From Alphaproteobacteria bacterium (lineage in GTDB: Bacteria > Pseudomonadota > Alphaproteobacteria > SHVZ01), in the NCBI GenBank assembly GCA_016869285.1, contig VGEN01000003.1, forward strand, positions 150 through 64,149: a DNA stretch of 64,000 nucleotides. The letters run 5' to 3'. Every line of letters starts with the position of its first letter. The stretch's first letter is position 1. Shown here in pieces: positions 52,094 through 63,184 of this stretch. Made by a program: the position numbers and the translations under genes. The notes under the pieces are model-generated. The model did no database searches and had not been told where the DNA came from. It saw only the letters and a program-made list of their open reading frames with translations.

Positions 52094-53681
52094 CCGCCCA
52101 GGACGAAACCGGCCAGCGCGGGTTGTTGTGGTGATTGACGACCTTGTCGGAGACCACCGACAGGAACGGGAAGTCGACCAGCGGCAGGATCGGCAGGTCC
52201 GTCATCACCTTCTTCTGGAACGCGACGTAGAGCTTGGCCCGATCGGCATCGCTGATCTCGCTTGCCGCCTGGTCGATCAGCTTGTCCATCTCCGGGTCGG
52301 CGTAACCGTACTGGTTGGCGAAGGGAACGCCGGCCGGCGTGCCCGACCGGTAGAGGACGGTCGTCGAGATCGCCGGGTCGTTGCGATAGACCAGAGCCGC
52401 CACGGCGAGGTCGAAGGCGTGGTCTTTATAGACTTTGGCGATGTGGCCCGGCGCGTCATTGGCCTCGATCTGCGCGTCGATGCCGATGCGCCGGAGCGCC
52501 TGACGGAGATAGTCGCCGGTCAGCCGCGTCTGCTCGAAGAAGGGCGCCGGCAGGAGCTTGAGCGCAAAGCGCATCCCGTCCGTTCCCTTCTTGTAGCCGG
52601 CCTCGTCGAGCAGCGCCTCGGCCCTGGCCGGGTCGAAGGCGTATTGCGCGACATCGGTCGTGTAGAACGGGGCGCCGCTGGCCGGGATCGGACCGGTCGC
52701 GATCGCACCGAAGCCCTGGAACACGGTATCGAGCAGGAACTTCGGATCGATCGCATGGCGAAGAGCGCGGCGCACGCGGACATCGGCCAGCTCCTTCCTG
52801 CGGTGATTGATCTCGACCGTGGCGGTGTAGAGGATGCCCTCATAGCCCTTGGTCGAGACCTGCAGGCCCTTGACCTTGCCGAGACGGATCGCATCGGCAG
52901 TCGAGACGGCGCTGAAGCAGGAGAGGTGCAGTTCGCCGGACTCGTGCGCGGCGGCAACCGCGCCCTTGTCCGCCATCTTGCGGTAGAGGATGCGGTCGAC
53001 CAGCGGCTGGTTCGGCGCCCAATAGCTCGGGTTGCGCTCGAGCCGGACGAACTCGCCGCGCTTCTGCTCGGCGAAAGTGTAAGGGCCGGTGCCGACGGGC
53101 TTCTGGTTCGCCGGATGCGAAGGCTGCGCGATGTCCGTGTTCTCGTAGAGATGCTTCGGCAGCACCGTCGACAGCGCCGGCAGCGCGTTGACGATGAGCT
53201 GGCTCGGGATCGGCTTCGAGAAGCGGAAGATCGCGGTCGTTGCGTTCGGCGTCTCGACCGCCTCGAGGTCCTTGAAGACGACGCGGCCGAAATTCTGCAG
53301 CTTCTTCCACACCTCCATCGCCGAGAAGGCGACGTCGGCCGAGGAGAAGTCGCGGCCGTCATGCCATTTCACGCCGGAGCGGAGCTGGAAGGTGAGGCTG
53401 CGGCCATCGGCCGAGGGCGTCCACGCGGTCGCCAGAACCGGCCTGACGCCGCTGCCGCCGAAAGCTTGGTCGGCGAGCGGCTCCAGCACCTTGCTGGAGA
53501 CGAAGAAGACGCCGTTGCTGGCGACGATAGCGCCGTTCCAATGGGGCGGCTCGCTGTCGGCGGCAACCATCAGCACGCCGCCGCGCTTGCCCTGGGCATA
53601 GGCGTGCCACGGGATGAGGCTCGAACCGGCGGCGCCGAGCGCGCCGTGAAGAACGGTACGACGGGTCAAGCGGGGCGCCAT
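52077..53681 (-). CDS. Family 5 (DppA/OppA-like) solute-binding protein, Tat signal
   Basis: MAPRLTRRTVL; LRSGVKWHDGRDFSSADVAFS and PVGTGPY. Confidence 0.92.
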   Translation of the reverse strand: MAPRLTRRTVLHGALGAAGSSLIPWHAYAQGKRGGVLMVAADSEPPHWNGAIVASNGVFFVSSKVLEPLADQAFGGSGVRPVLATAWTPSADGRSLTFQLRSGVKWHDGRDFSSADVAFSAMEVWKKLQNFGRVVFKDLEAVETPNATTAIFRFSKPIPSQLIVNALPALSTVLPKHLYENTDIAQPSHPANQKPVGTGPYTFAEQKRGEFVRLERNPSYWAPNQPLVDRILYRKMADKGAVAAAHESGELHLSCFSAVSTADAIRLGKVKGLQVSTKGYEGILYTATVEINHRRKELADVRVRRALRHAIDPKFLLDTVFQGFGAIATGPIPASGAPFYTTDVAQYAFDPARAEALLDEAGYKKGTDGMRFALKLLPAPFFEQTRLTGDYLRQALRRIGIDAQIEANDAPGHIAKVYKDHAFDLAVAALVYRNDPAISTTVLYRSGTPAGVPFANQYGYADPEMDKLIDQAASEISDADRAKLYVAFQKKVMTDLPILPLVDFPFLSVVSDKVVNHHNNPRWPVSSWADVSLA

Positions 53682-53735
53682 TGTCGGCTCCTGATGGGGA
53701 AGATCCGAGGATTGCGCCACCCGCGGACACGCTTG

Positions 53736-56153
53736 TCAACGCGATGCAGCGGCCTGCGCAAGATTGGCGAAGAGACGAAACGCGCCAGGCACCAGCTCGT
53801 CCATCTGATGCGAGAGCGTCAGGCTGACATGGGTGTGGCGCCCCCTGCCGATGCCCGCCGAGAGCAGGCCACCGCGAAGCGGCGTCTCGCCGGGATCGGA
53901 CATCGCCAGCAGCGGCTGATACGCATCGCCCCAGGAGGAGGCGAAGTAGAGGCCACGCTCTTTCTTCCAGCCAAGCCAGTCCTCCGGGCCGATGCGGTTG
54001 GGATAGGTGAGCAGCGGATGGCTCGGCGCCAGCACCGCGACCGGGGCAGCCGGATCGCAAACACGCCAGCGGATCGAGGGCTGGCCGATCTCCAGCCGTT
54101 CCGGCGGCGCACCGTTCCAGCCATCCTGCGGTCGATGGAACTGCGTGAGCAGGTGCCCCCCTCGGCGGACGAATTCATGGAGCCGGACCTGAGACCGAGC
54201 CACTTCAGGCCGCGCAAATGCTTTGACGCCGACGACGATGGTGTCGAAGCGGCCGAGATCTCCCTGGGCAAGGTCCTCCGCGCCAAGCTCCGCGACGTTC
54301 AGGCCGAGCCGGGCGAGCCAGAAGGCGACGCGGTCGGTGCCGGCGCCGACATAGCCGATGCGCGCGCGATCGGGGATCTCGACATCGACGACCAACAACT
54401 CGACTTCCGCCGGCTCGATCCAGCCGATACGCCCAACATGCTCATAGACCTGGGACCGCGTGCGACCATGTTCGACTCCGGCAGCGGTCACGGCGAGGCG
54501 ATGCCGGCCGGGTGACGGCGTTTCCACGCGGAGGTCGGCTTCAGTCGACGCCTCCGGCAGCAAGCTCAGCGATTTCCGCGCCTCCCCAACCGTGAGTGTC
54601 GTTTCGAGCTTGTCGGCAGTGTGATTGCGGACGCCAATCCGGAGATCGAAGGTGGGTGCGCCGGTGCGGACGACGAGGCGATCCGGCTGCGGGTCGAGCG
54701 CCAGCGGCGGCACGATCAGCGGTGCGTCGCCGGGGGCGACCGACTGCTCGATCTCCTGGCCTTCGACGAAGTAGCGCAGGCGCGCGAGAACGGGCGCCGC
54801 GGGCGAAAGCGGGTCGAAGCGCGAGTGGAATGGCCGCGACTTGAAGAGGGTGACACGCGCGATCCCGCAATCGTCGGGTTCCATGGTCACGCCATCAGCG
54901 GTGACGGCGGCGAGCGAGGCAAGCACGTCTGGCCGTCCGTAGAAGACCGAGAGTCTAGCTTCGGCGAGCTTGCCGACGACGATGGTATCCGGCACCTCGA
55001 TCCTGGCGATCAGCGACAGCGCGATCCGGCTTGCCCTGGCGAGCTGGTGGCGCTTGATTGCGAGCCGATGGCTCAGATTGTCGGCATTCGGGTCCGGAGG
55101 CGGATCGAGCCGCGCCTCGGCCTCGTCGACGGCGCGGAGCGCGGCGTGAACCGCACCGGCGACGCCGTCGAAATCGGGAAACCGGGCGAAGGCGAGGTCG
55201 ATCGCGGCGTCGATGCGGCGGAGCGCTTCGCCCTGGGCGGTGTCGAAGCGCTCCGCCAGATGACCGAGGCGAAGCGGCAGCCCGTCGAAAAGAGACGCCT
55301 CGGCATTGGCGGTCGGGAGCCGGCTCTGCAGCAGATGCAACGGCACCGTGGCCGGACGCTCGCCGCGCCAGACGCCCATCTCCTGGGTCCGGTGGCGGGC
55401 GCGCGACCACTCGCCGATCTGCACAAAGGTGGCGCCGATGATTCGGTCGTAGCCGCCAATATCGACCTCGATCGTCGCCGGCGGCGGGGGCTCGGCATCG
55501 TCGTAGCTGCCGCCGTCACCGGAGAAGGCGGGAAGGTAGAGCTTGGAGACGCGCCAGGGCAGGAGCCCGCCGGCAAGATGGTCGGGAAAGGCCTCCGGAT
55601 CGGCAGCGGCCTCGAAGGCGCGTATGGTGGCGCGCGTCACGGCGCGATGATGGCCATGCTGGCCGCCGACATCGAGGAACGTCGGGCAGATGACGTCGGG
55701 GCGCGTCAGCCGGATCGCACGCACCAGCCGCTCGAGCAGCCGTTCCTCGCCCCAGACGGCATTCGTCGCTTCGGCCGTCTTGGCGAAGCCGAAATCGGAG
55801 ATCGGATCGCCGAAACCGCGGTCGAGCCAGTGAAGCTCCATGTCGAGGATGCGCGCGGCTTCCTCCATCTCTCGCGTGCGGATCGCCGCCAGCGCGTCGC
55901 CGGATTCCGGCCCGAGCGCGTTCTGGCCGCCCTGGCCTCTGGTGGCGCAGACATAGATCGTGCGCGCGCCATCCCTCTTCGACAGACGGGCAAGCAGTCC
56001 GCTCGCCTCGTCATCGGGGTGAGCGCCTGTCATCATGAAGCTGGAGGCCGAGCGCAGCGGCAGCAGCGCATTCCAGAGCTCGACCATCGGGCTCGCCGCT
56101 GCCTGGCGTGAGATTCGGCGCTGCGATCGCGCGTACTCGTCGGAGGTGCTCAT
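53736..56153 (-). CDS. Large PIG-L (LmbE) family deacetylase with C-terminal beta and GATase-like domains
   Basis: GAHPDDE, TRGQGGQN, DFGFAKT and GQHGHH; C-terminal PNRI..DW.GW.KERGLYF and VPGAFRLFANL. Confidence 0.88.
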   Translation of the reverse strand: MSTSDEYARSQRRISRQAAASPMVELWNALLPLRSASSFMMTGAHPDDEASGLLARLSKRDGARTIYVCATRGQGGQNALGPESGDALAAIRTREMEEAARILDMELHWLDRGFGDPISDFGFAKTAEATNAVWGEERLLERLVRAIRLTRPDVICPTFLDVGGQHGHHRAVTRATIRAFEAAADPEAFPDHLAGGLLPWRVSKLYLPAFSGDGGSYDDAEPPPPATIEVDIGGYDRIIGATFVQIGEWSRARHRTQEMGVWRGERPATVPLHLLQSRLPTANAEASLFDGLPLRLGHLAERFDTAQGEALRRIDAAIDLAFARFPDFDGVAGAVHAALRAVDEAEARLDPPPDPNADNLSHRLAIKRHQLARASRIALSLIARIEVPDTIVVGKLAEARLSVFYGRPDVLASLAAVTADGVTMEPDDCGIARVTLFKSRPFHSRFDPLSPAAPVLARLRYFVEGQEIEQSVAPGDAPLIVPPLALDPQPDRLVVRTGAPTFDLRIGVRNHTADKLETTLTVGEARKSLSLLPEASTEADLRVETPSPGRHRLAVTAAGVEHGRTRSQVYEHVGRIGWIEPAEVELLVVDVEIPDRARIGYVGAGTDRVAFWLARLGLNVAELGAEDLAQGDLGRFDTIVVGVKAFARPEVARSQVRLHEFVRRGGHLLTQFHRPQDGWNGAPPERLEIGQPSIRWRVCDPAAPVAVLAPSHPLLTYPNRIGPEDWLGWKKERGLYFASSWGDAYQPLLAMSDPGETPLRGGLLSAGIGRGRHTHVSLTLSHQMDELVPGAFRLFANLAQAAASR

Positions 56154-56244
56154 CACGGACAGCTATGCTTATTGACGTGCTCGTCCGTGTCTACGAGCAT
56201 CTGCCGGATTTTGAAGAGGTTACTGTGAAAAGGCTTGGCTTCTG

Positions 56245-57744
56245 ATGGCCGCGACCAGGGACGACAGTGTCTTTCCGGCACCGGTCTACAAGGAGACGGT
56301 GCTGGCCCCGCTGTTCGAGGGTGTGAAGAAACACCACTGGCAGCATCAGATGCGGATCAACCGGGCAAGCGCGGTGATGCTGGCAGAGAAAGGGTTGCTC
56401 AGCCGCGCGGAAGCAGGAGCGATACTCAAGGCGCTCGACGACATCGTCGCCACGGTCGATGTTCCCAGCCTCGACTACACCGGCGAGCACGAGGACTTCT
56501 TCTTTTACGTCGAGTCCGAGCTCAAGCGCCGCCTCGGCGTCGAGGTCGCCGGCAAGCTGCATACCGGCCGGTCGCGCAACGACATCGACCACACCGTCTT
56601 CAAGTTGGCGCTGAAGGAGCGGCTGATCGGCTTCGTCGAGGCGTTGCTCGGTCTGGTCGAGGCAGCGCTCGTGGTCGCCGAGAAGAATCGCGACACGCTG
56701 ATCGTGGCCTATACCCATGGCCAGCCGGCGCAGCCTTCGACCTTCGGTCACTACCTCGCGGCGCTGATCGAGATGCTGCTGCGCGATATCGAGCGCGTAG
56801 CCCACGCGGCGCGCTATCCGGATAAGTCGAGTATGGGCGCCGCGGCGATCACCACCTCCGGCTTCGGCCTCGACCGCGCGCGCATGGCGGAGCTGCTTGG
56901 ATTCGCCGAGGTTCAGGAGAATTCCTATGGCTGCATCGCCGCGATCGACTACGCGACCAGCGTCTATGCCGCGCTCAAGCTGGTCTTCGTCCATCTCGGT
57001 CGCTTCGTTCAGGACCTGAATGCCTGGACCGGCTTCGAGATCGGGCATCTCTACGTGCCGAACGCCTATGTGCAGATCAGCTCGATCATGCCGCAGAAGC
57101 GCAACCCGGTGCCGGTCGAGCATCTGCGCCTGATGTTGTCCCTGGCATCCGCTCGCGCCGAGTCCGTGATCGTGGCCGTGCACAACACGCCCTTCGCCGA
57201 CATGAACGACTCCGAAGGCGAGGTGCAGGCCGCGGGCTACGAGGCCTTCGACACCGGCCATCGCGCCATCGCGCTCCTCGCCGGGTTCATCGGCTCGGTC
57301 CGTATCGACGAGGCAAGGGTCCGCAGACACATCGACGAGGCCTGCATCACGGTGACCGAGCTTGCCGACTCCCTGGTGCGCGCCGAAGGGCTGTCGTTCC
57401 GTCAGGCGCATGAGATCGCGGCCAAGCTGGCGCGTCGCATGATCGACACCGGCGAGCGTTTCGGCACAGTACCGATGTCGGCCTTCGCCGAGGCCTTCCG
57501 CGAGGTCACTGGCCGCGCAGCGAACCTCTCGGAGGCCGAGTTCCGCCGCGTCACCACGCCCGAGCACTTCGTCGCTGTTCGCACCATGCCGGGCGGGCCG
57601 GCACCCGGGGCGCTGCTGGCCGCCTTCGCTGCCTATCGCGAGGAGCTGGGCAAGGCGCGCGGCTGGCTCGATGCCTATCGCGGTCGCATGGAGGCGGCGG
57701 CGCGGCGGCTCGATGCCGCCGCGACCGCGCTCAAGAACGGCTAA
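56245..57744 (+). CDS. argH: Argininosuccinate lyase-like protein (fumarase/aspartase superfamily; possibly a catabolic paralogue)
   Basis: KLHTGRSRND, YTHGQPAQP and SSIMPQKRNP. The N-terminus lacks the usual ArgH WGGRF motif. Confidence 0.8.
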   Translation: MAATRDDSVFPAPVYKETVLAPLFEGVKKHHWQHQMRINRASAVMLAEKGLLSRAEAGAILKALDDIVATVDVPSLDYTGEHEDFFFYVESELKRRLGVEVAGKLHTGRSRNDIDHTVFKLALKERLIGFVEALLGLVEAALVVAEKNRDTLIVAYTHGQPAQPSTFGHYLAALIEMLLRDIERVAHAARYPDKSSMGAAAITTSGFGLDRARMAELLGFAEVQENSYGCIAAIDYATSVYAALKLVFVHLGRFVQDLNAWTGFEIGHLYVPNAYVQISSIMPQKRNPVPVEHLRLMLSLASARAESVIVAVHNTPFADMNDSEGEVQAAGYEAFDTGHRAIALLAGFIGSVRIDEARVRRHIDEACITVTELADSLVRAEGLSFRQAHEIAAKLARRMIDTGERFGTVPMSAFAEAFREVTGRAANLSEAEFRRVTTPEHFVAVRTMPGGPAPGALLAAFAAYREELGKARGWLDAYRGRMEAAARRLDAAATALKNG

Positions 57745-59321
57745 TTCCGTACCTTCTCGATGTTCCAGAGCGTGACATCCCAAGAGGGATGCACGATGCC
57801 GCGTAGCTCCTTGCGATAGGCGACCGGCCGGGTGAACTGGCCGATCGGGACATACGGCACGACTTCCAGGAACTTGGCCTGCAGCTCGTCGATGATACGC
57901 TTGCGCTCATCGGCGTTCGGCGCCTCGAGATAGGAGAGCCGAAGCTTCTCCATCGCCTCGTCGCAGGGCAGGCCCCAGGAGTTGCGGCCGTCGCAGGAGG
58001 TCGAGGCGAAGAGGTTGGTGAAAGGGTTCGACTGGATGCGGCCGGGCCAGGTGGTCTGGGCGATGTGCCAGCCGGCGCGGTCGGTCTTGGGGTCGTTCTT
58101 GTTGAGCCGGCGCTGCGTGACCGCGCCCCAGTCCATCGCCTGCAGGTCGACATTGATGCCGACCTCGCGCAGGAGCTGCGCGGTGACCAGGGTCATGGTG
58201 TGGATCAGGAACTGGTCGGTCGGCGTCATGACGACGATCGGCTCGCCCTTGTAGCCAGCCTCGGCGAAGAGCTGCTTCGCCCTGGCGACGTTCTTCTGCC
58301 TGATCGCGTCCACTCCAACATTTGACTCGCCGGGCGAGCCGCAGATGAAGGGGGCGAAGCAGACGCGCTGGTACTGCTTGTCCGATCCGACCATCGCCGT
58401 CAGGTAGTCGGTCTGCTCGCCGATCAGGAACAGCGCCTGCCGCGCTTTCGGGTTGTTGAAGGGCGGGACCAGATGGTTCGGGCGGATCGTCGCCTGGAAA
58501 CCGATCGGGTCCAGGATATGAAGCTGGATGTTCGGGTCCTTGGACAGGGCCGGGATCATGTCGTGGCTGATCACCTCGACCATGTCGACCTCGCCGCGCT
58601 GGAGGGCCTGCACGGCGGTGTTGGTGTCGGGAATGTAGGGCCACTCGACGCGGTCGACTTTGACCACCTTGCCGCCCGACTGGCCGTCCGGCGGCTCGCT
58701 GCGCGGCACGTAGTCGGCGTTCTTGGCGAAGGCGACCATGGCGCCCGGCACCCAGGCCTCGCGGATGAACTTGAACGGGCCCGAGCCGATCGAATCCTTG
58801 ACCTCGGCGAAGGCGTCGGTCGCCGCGTCCTTCTCGCGCAGGATGAAGAAGGTGTTGGCGGCACCCGCCAGCGTCTCCAGCATCATGCCGTAGGGCTGCT
58901 TCAACTTGAATACGAAGGTGCGGTCATTCGGCGTCTGGAATTCGGCGATGCGCGACATCAGCACCTTGCCGTCGACGGCGCGGGTCTGCCAGCGCTTGAA
59001 GGAGGCGACGACGTCCTTAGACATCACCGGCGAGCCGTCGTGGAATTTGAGGCCGGGCCGGAGCACGAAGGTCCAGGTCAGCTTGTCGTCGCTCGCGGTG
59101 TAGGACTCGACCATCTGCGGCTTCGGCTCGTATTTCGAGCTCATGCCGAAGAGCGTGTCGTAGACCATGCGCGAGTAGTTGTTGGTGATCGTCACCGTCG
59201 TATAGACGGAGTCGAGGACGCGGAGATCGGCTTGCGGGACCATCTTGAGCGTGGTCTGGGCCGAGGCGCCGGACGCCGCGAGGAGGGCGACGGCAAAGGC
59301 TGACGTTAGGGCTCGGTGCAT
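57741..59321 (-). CDS. Family 5 solute-binding protein (orphan)
   Basis: Signal peptide MHRALTSAFAVALLAASGASAQ; LRPGLKFHDGSPV and IGSGPFKF; no adjacent permease. Confidence 0.92.
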   Translation of the reverse strand: MHRALTSAFAVALLAASGASAQTTLKMVPQADLRVLDSVYTTVTITNNYSRMVYDTLFGMSSKYEPKPQMVESYTASDDKLTWTFVLRPGLKFHDGSPVMSKDVVASFKRWQTRAVDGKVLMSRIAEFQTPNDRTFVFKLKQPYGMMLETLAGAANTFFILREKDAATDAFAEVKDSIGSGPFKFIREAWVPGAMVAFAKNADYVPRSEPPDGQSGGKVVKVDRVEWPYIPDTNTAVQALQRGEVDMVEVISHDMIPALSKDPNIQLHILDPIGFQATIRPNHLVPPFNNPKARQALFLIGEQTDYLTAMVGSDKQYQRVCFAPFICGSPGESNVGVDAIRQKNVARAKQLFAEAGYKGEPIVVMTPTDQFLIHTMTLVTAQLLREVGINVDLQAMDWGAVTQRRLNKNDPKTDRAGWHIAQTTWPGRIQSNPFTNLFASTSCDGRNSWGLPCDEAMEKLRLSYLEAPNADERKRIIDELQAKFLEVVPYVPIGQFTRPVAYRKELRGIVHPSWDVTLWNIEKVRN

Positions 59322-59358
59322 GCGACGTCTCCCGTGCTGGAATGAGCGCAGTGTCGCA

Positions 59359-59910
59359 TCAGGCGGGTTGCCAGGCAACGATGTCACAGTTCGCCGGATC
59401 GCGGCCGATCAAATGGCTGAAGAAGGCGCCGTGTCCGATCACGACGATCGCTGTCTCGGGCCGGGCGATCAGCCAGCGTGGAAAGGCGGCAAGACGCGCA
59501 TAGAGAGAATCCATCGGCTCGACCACGACGCCGTTCGCGTCGGGATTCTCGTGATGCCACCATGGATCGTCGAGGTGGTCGAACGCGAGATCGGGGAACT
59601 CCTGTGCCAGCAGCGTCGGCGAGCGACCCATGTCGCAGCTGTGCTCCTGCCACTCTCGGTGCAGGCACTCGACCTCGATCCGGGCATGGCCGGAAAAGAG
59701 GCCGGTCGCTGTCTGCAAGGCACGGGTCAGCGGCGTCGTGATCACGACGTCGCAGGGGAGCGCGCGAGCCCGGTCGCGGACTGCCTCGACCTGCCGGAGG
59801 CCGATCGGAGAGAGCCGGGCATCGAAGTGGAAGGGGTCGGTCCCGCCTTCGGCCCAGGCGGCATTGAAGGTCGACTGGGCGTGGCGGATAAGGTGGATGG
59901 TCTTTGCCAT
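59359..59910 (-). CDS. Histidine phosphatase (phosphoglycerate mutase) family protein
   Basis: LIRHAQS, TPLTRALQTA and VVIGHG. Confidence 0.9.
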   Translation of the reverse strand: MAKTIHLIRHAQSTFNAAWAEGGTDPFHFDARLSPIGLRQVEAVRDRARALPCDVVITTPLTRALQTATGLFSGHARIEVECLHREWQEHSCDMGRSPTLLAQEFPDLAFDHLDDPWWHHENPDANGVVVEPMDSLYARLAAFPRWLIARPETAIVVIGHGAFFSHLIGRDPANCDIVAWQPA

Positions 59911-59957
59911 CGTCCTAGTCGATCATGGCCGGGGACAGGCTGCCAAGAGGGGAAGGC

Positions 59958-61502
59958 ATGACGGGCGAGAAGATCCTCCTGGTTCCCGGCAAGCTGACGC
60001 TTCGCCAGCTCCGCCGGATCGCCGCAGGTCCCGCGACCTTCGCCCTCGACCCCTCGGCCGACGGTCCGGTTCGTGCCGCCCATGCGCTGGTCGAGCGGAT
60101 GGCGCATGGCGGCGGTGCCGTCTATGGCGTCACCACCGGCTTCGGCAAGCTTGCGCAGACGCGCATCGCCGAAAACCAGCTTGAGCAGCTCCAGCTCAAC
60201 CTGCTGCGCTCGCATGCGGTCGGCGTCGGCGCTCCGCTCCCCGACAACGTCGTCCGCCTGATCCTGGCTGTGAAGGCGGCGAGCCTCGGGCGCGGCTACT
60301 CCGGCGTGCGGCCGGATACGATCGCGCAGCTTCTCGCTTTTGCCGACCGCGACATCCTCCCGGTGGTGCCGGGCAAAGGCTCGGTCGGTGCGTCCGGCGA
60401 CCTGGCGCCGCTGGCGCATCTGTCGCTAGCGCTGATCGGCGAGGGCGAGGTCCGCTATGGCAGTCAGGCGATGCCGGCGCGTGCAGCGCTCGATGCGGCA
60501 GGCTTGAAGCCGCTCCGCCTCGGGCCCAAGGAAGGGCTCGCGCTGATCAACGGCACGCAGGTCTCGACCGCTCTGGCGCTGACCGGGCTCTTCGCCGCCG
60601 AGCGCCTGCTGGCGGCGGCGCTCGCCGCCGGTGCGCTCTCGGTCGATGCAGCGCGCGGCACCGACACGCCATTCGATCCGCGCATCCATCGCGTGCGCGG
60701 GCAGCCGGGACAGACGATCGCAGCGGCGATCCTGCGCGGTCTGCTTGCCGGCAGCGACATCCGCAAGAGCCACGTCGATTGCGATCGCGTGCAGGACCCG
60801 TATTGCCTGCGCTGCCAGCCGCAAGTGATGGGCGCCTGCCTCGACCAGCTCCGCTCGGCAGCCGCTCGCCTGGTCGACGAGGCGAATGCCGTTTCCGACA
60901 ATCCGCTGGTCTTCCCAGAGGAGGGCGAGATCCTCTCGGGCGGCAATTTCCACGCCGAGCCCGTCGCCTTCGCCGCCGACAACATTGCCTTGGCGCTTGC
61001 CGAGATCGGCAATATGTCGGAACGGCGCACGGCCCTGCTAGTCGATCCGGCGATGAGCGGCGGCCTCCCTGCCTTCCTCGTCAAGACGCCGGGCATCGAT
61101 TCAGGCTTCATGATGGCGCAGGTCACGGCGGCGGCGCTCGCCTCCGAAAACAAGATGCTAGCGCACCCCGCGAGCGTCGACACGATCCCGACCTCGGCCA
61201 ACCAGGAGGACCATGTGTCGATGGCGACCCATGCCGCGCGACGGCTTCTCGATATGGCCGAGAACACCGGCAGCATCGTTGCGATCGAGCTGATGGCCGC
61301 CGCGCAGGGCGTTGATCTGCTCGCGCCGCTCAAGACCTCGCCGAAGCTGCTGGGGGTGCACGCTGCACTCAGGGAGCGTGTGGCGCCGCTCGACCACGAC
61401 CGTATCATGGCGCCGGACATTGCTGCCGCGCACACCTTCCTGCATCGCCACCCCTTCCTCGACCTCGTCGGCGGATTGATCGACCGCCCGGAGATCGCCT
61501 GA
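59958..61502 (+). CDS. hutH: Histidine ammonia-lyase
   Basis: [23 protein letters not shown] (MIO Ala-Ser-Gly), [11 protein letters not shown] and [10 protein letters not shown]. Confidence 0.97.
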   Translation: MTGEKILLVPGKLTLRQLRRIAAGPATFALDPSADGPVRAAHALVERMAHGGGAVYGVTTGFGKLAQTRIAENQLEQLQLNLLRSHAVGVGAPLPDNVVRLILAVKAASLGRGYSGVRPDTIAQLLAFADRDILPVVPGKGSVGASGDLAPLAHLSLALIGEGEVRYGSQAMPARAALDAAGLKPLRLGPKEGLALINGTQVSTALALTGLFAAERLLAAALAAGALSVDAARGTDTPFDPRIHRVRGQPGQTIAAAILRGLLAGSDIRKSHVDCDRVQDPYCLRCQPQVMGACLDQLRSAAARLVDEANAVSDNPLVFPEEGEILSGGNFHAEPVAFAADNIALALAEIGNMSERRTALLVDPAMSGGLPAFLVKTPGIDSGFMMAQVTAAALASENKMLAHPASVDTIPTSANQEDHVSMATHAARRLLDMAENTGSIVAIELMAAAQGVDLLAPLKTSPKLLGVHAALRERVAPLDHDRIMAPDIAAAHTFLHRHPFLDLVGGLIDRPEIA

Positions 61503-63184
61503 TGATCCAGACCCGCCTCGACAATAGCCGAGTCATCCGCGCTCCGAGGGGCGACAAGCTGTCGGCGCTCTCCTGGGCGACCGAGGCACCGATGCGGATG
61601 TTGATGAACAACCTCGATCCCGAGGTGGCCGAGAAGCCGCAGGAGCTTACGGTCTATGGCGGCATCGGCCGTGCGGCGCGCAACTGGGAGTGCTTCGACG
61701 CGATTGTCGCCACGCTGAAGCGGCTCAAAGGCGATGAAACGCTGCTGATCCAGTCGGGCAAGCCGGTCGGCGTCTTCCGCACCCATGCCGACGCACCGCG
61801 CGTGTTGCTGGCCAATTCCAACCTCGTCGCCAATTGGGCGAGCTGGGAGCATTTCAACGCGCTCGATCGCCAGGGCCTGATGATGTACGGCCAGATGACC
61901 GCCGGCTCCTGGATCTATATCGGCAGCCAGGGCATCGTGCAGGGCACGCACGAGACCTTCGTCGAGATGGGCCGCCAAGCCTATGGCGGGCTCAAGGGGC
62001 GCTGGATCCTGACTGCGGGCTTGGGCGGCATGGGCGGCGCCCAGACCCTGGCGGCAACGCTCGGCGGCGCCTCGATGATCGCGATCGAGTGCCGGCCCTC
62101 CTCGATCGAGTTCCGCTTGAAGACGCGCTATCTCGACACCCAGGCGAAGACCCTCGACGAGGCCTTGCAGATCGTCGAGAAGGCCAAGGCCGAGGGCAAG
62201 GCGATCTCGGTGGGGTTGCTCGGCAATGCTGCCGAGTTCGTGCCGGAGATCGCGAAGCGCGCAAAATCCGATCCGCGCTGGCGGCCCGACGGGGTCACCG
62301 ACCAGACCAGCGCACATGACCCGCTCAACGGTTATCTGCCGCTCGGCTGGACCTTGCAGCAATGGGAGGAGCGTCGGCAGAGCGACCCCGCCGGAACGGT
62401 CAAGGCGGCGAAGGAGTCGATACGCGTGCACGTCCGGGCGATGCTCGAATTCCATCGCATGGGTGTGCCGACCTTCGACTACGGCAACAACATCCGCCAG
62501 ATGGCGAAGGAGGTCGGCGAGACCCACGCCTTCGACTTTCCAGGTTTCGTGCCCGCCTATATCCGCCCGCTCTTCTGCCGCGGAGTCGGACCGTTCCGCT
62601 GGGTCGCGCTCTCGGGAGATCCCGAGGACATCCGAAAGACCGATGCCAAGGTGAAGGAGCTGATGCCGAAAGCGGCGCACCTTCACACCTGGCTCGACAA
62701 TGCCGGCAGCAAGATCAGCTTCCAAGGCCTGCCGGCACGGATCTGCTGGGTCGGCCTCGGCGACCGCCACCGCATCGGGCTCGCCTTCAACGAGATGGTG
62801 AGGCGCAAGGAGATCGGCCCGATCGTGATCGGGCGCGATCATCTCGATTCGGGTTCGGTCGCCAGCCCTAACCGCGAGACCGAGGCGATGAAGGACGGCA
62901 CCGACGCGGTCGCCGACTGGCCGCTGCTCAACGCCCTGCTCAACACCGCCTCCGGAGCGACGTGGGTATCGATCCATCATGGCGGTGGCGTCGGCATCGG
63001 CTACAGCCAGCATTCCGGCATGGTCATCCTCTGCGACGGCACCGAGGATGCGGCCCGCCGGCTCGAGCGCGTGCTGTGGAACGACCCGGCCTCCGGAGTC
63101 ATGCGCCATGCCGATGCCGGCTACGACGAGGCGATCGCGTGCGCTAAGGAGCAGCAACTCGACCTGCCCATGCTCGGGCGTTAG
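61502..63184 (+). CDS. hutU: Urocanate hydratase
   Basis: [34 protein letters not shown] and [18 protein letters not shown]; TGATG coupling to hutH. Confidence 0.98.
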   Translation: MIQTRLDNSRVIRAPRGDKLSALSWATEAPMRMLMNNLDPEVAEKPQELTVYGGIGRAARNWECFDAIVATLKRLKGDETLLIQSGKPVGVFRTHADAPRVLLANSNLVANWASWEHFNALDRQGLMMYGQMTAGSWIYIGSQGIVQGTHETFVEMGRQAYGGLKGRWILTAGLGGMGGAQTLAATLGGASMIAIECRPSSIEFRLKTRYLDTQAKTLDEALQIVEKAKAEGKAISVGLLGNAAEFVPEIAKRAKSDPRWRPDGVTDQTSAHDPLNGYLPLGWTLQQWEERRQSDPAGTVKAAKESIRVHVRAMLEFHRMGVPTFDYGNNIRQMAKEVGETHAFDFPGFVPAYIRPLFCRGVGPFRWVALSGDPEDIRKTDAKVKELMPKAAHLHTWLDNAGSKISFQGLPARICWVGLGDRHRIGLAFNEMVRRKEIGPIVIGRDHLDSGSVASPNRETEAMKDGTDAVADWPLLNALLNTASGATWVSIHHGGGVGIGYSQHSGMVILCDGTEDAARRLERVLWNDPASGVMRHADAGYDEAIACAKEQQLDLPMLGR

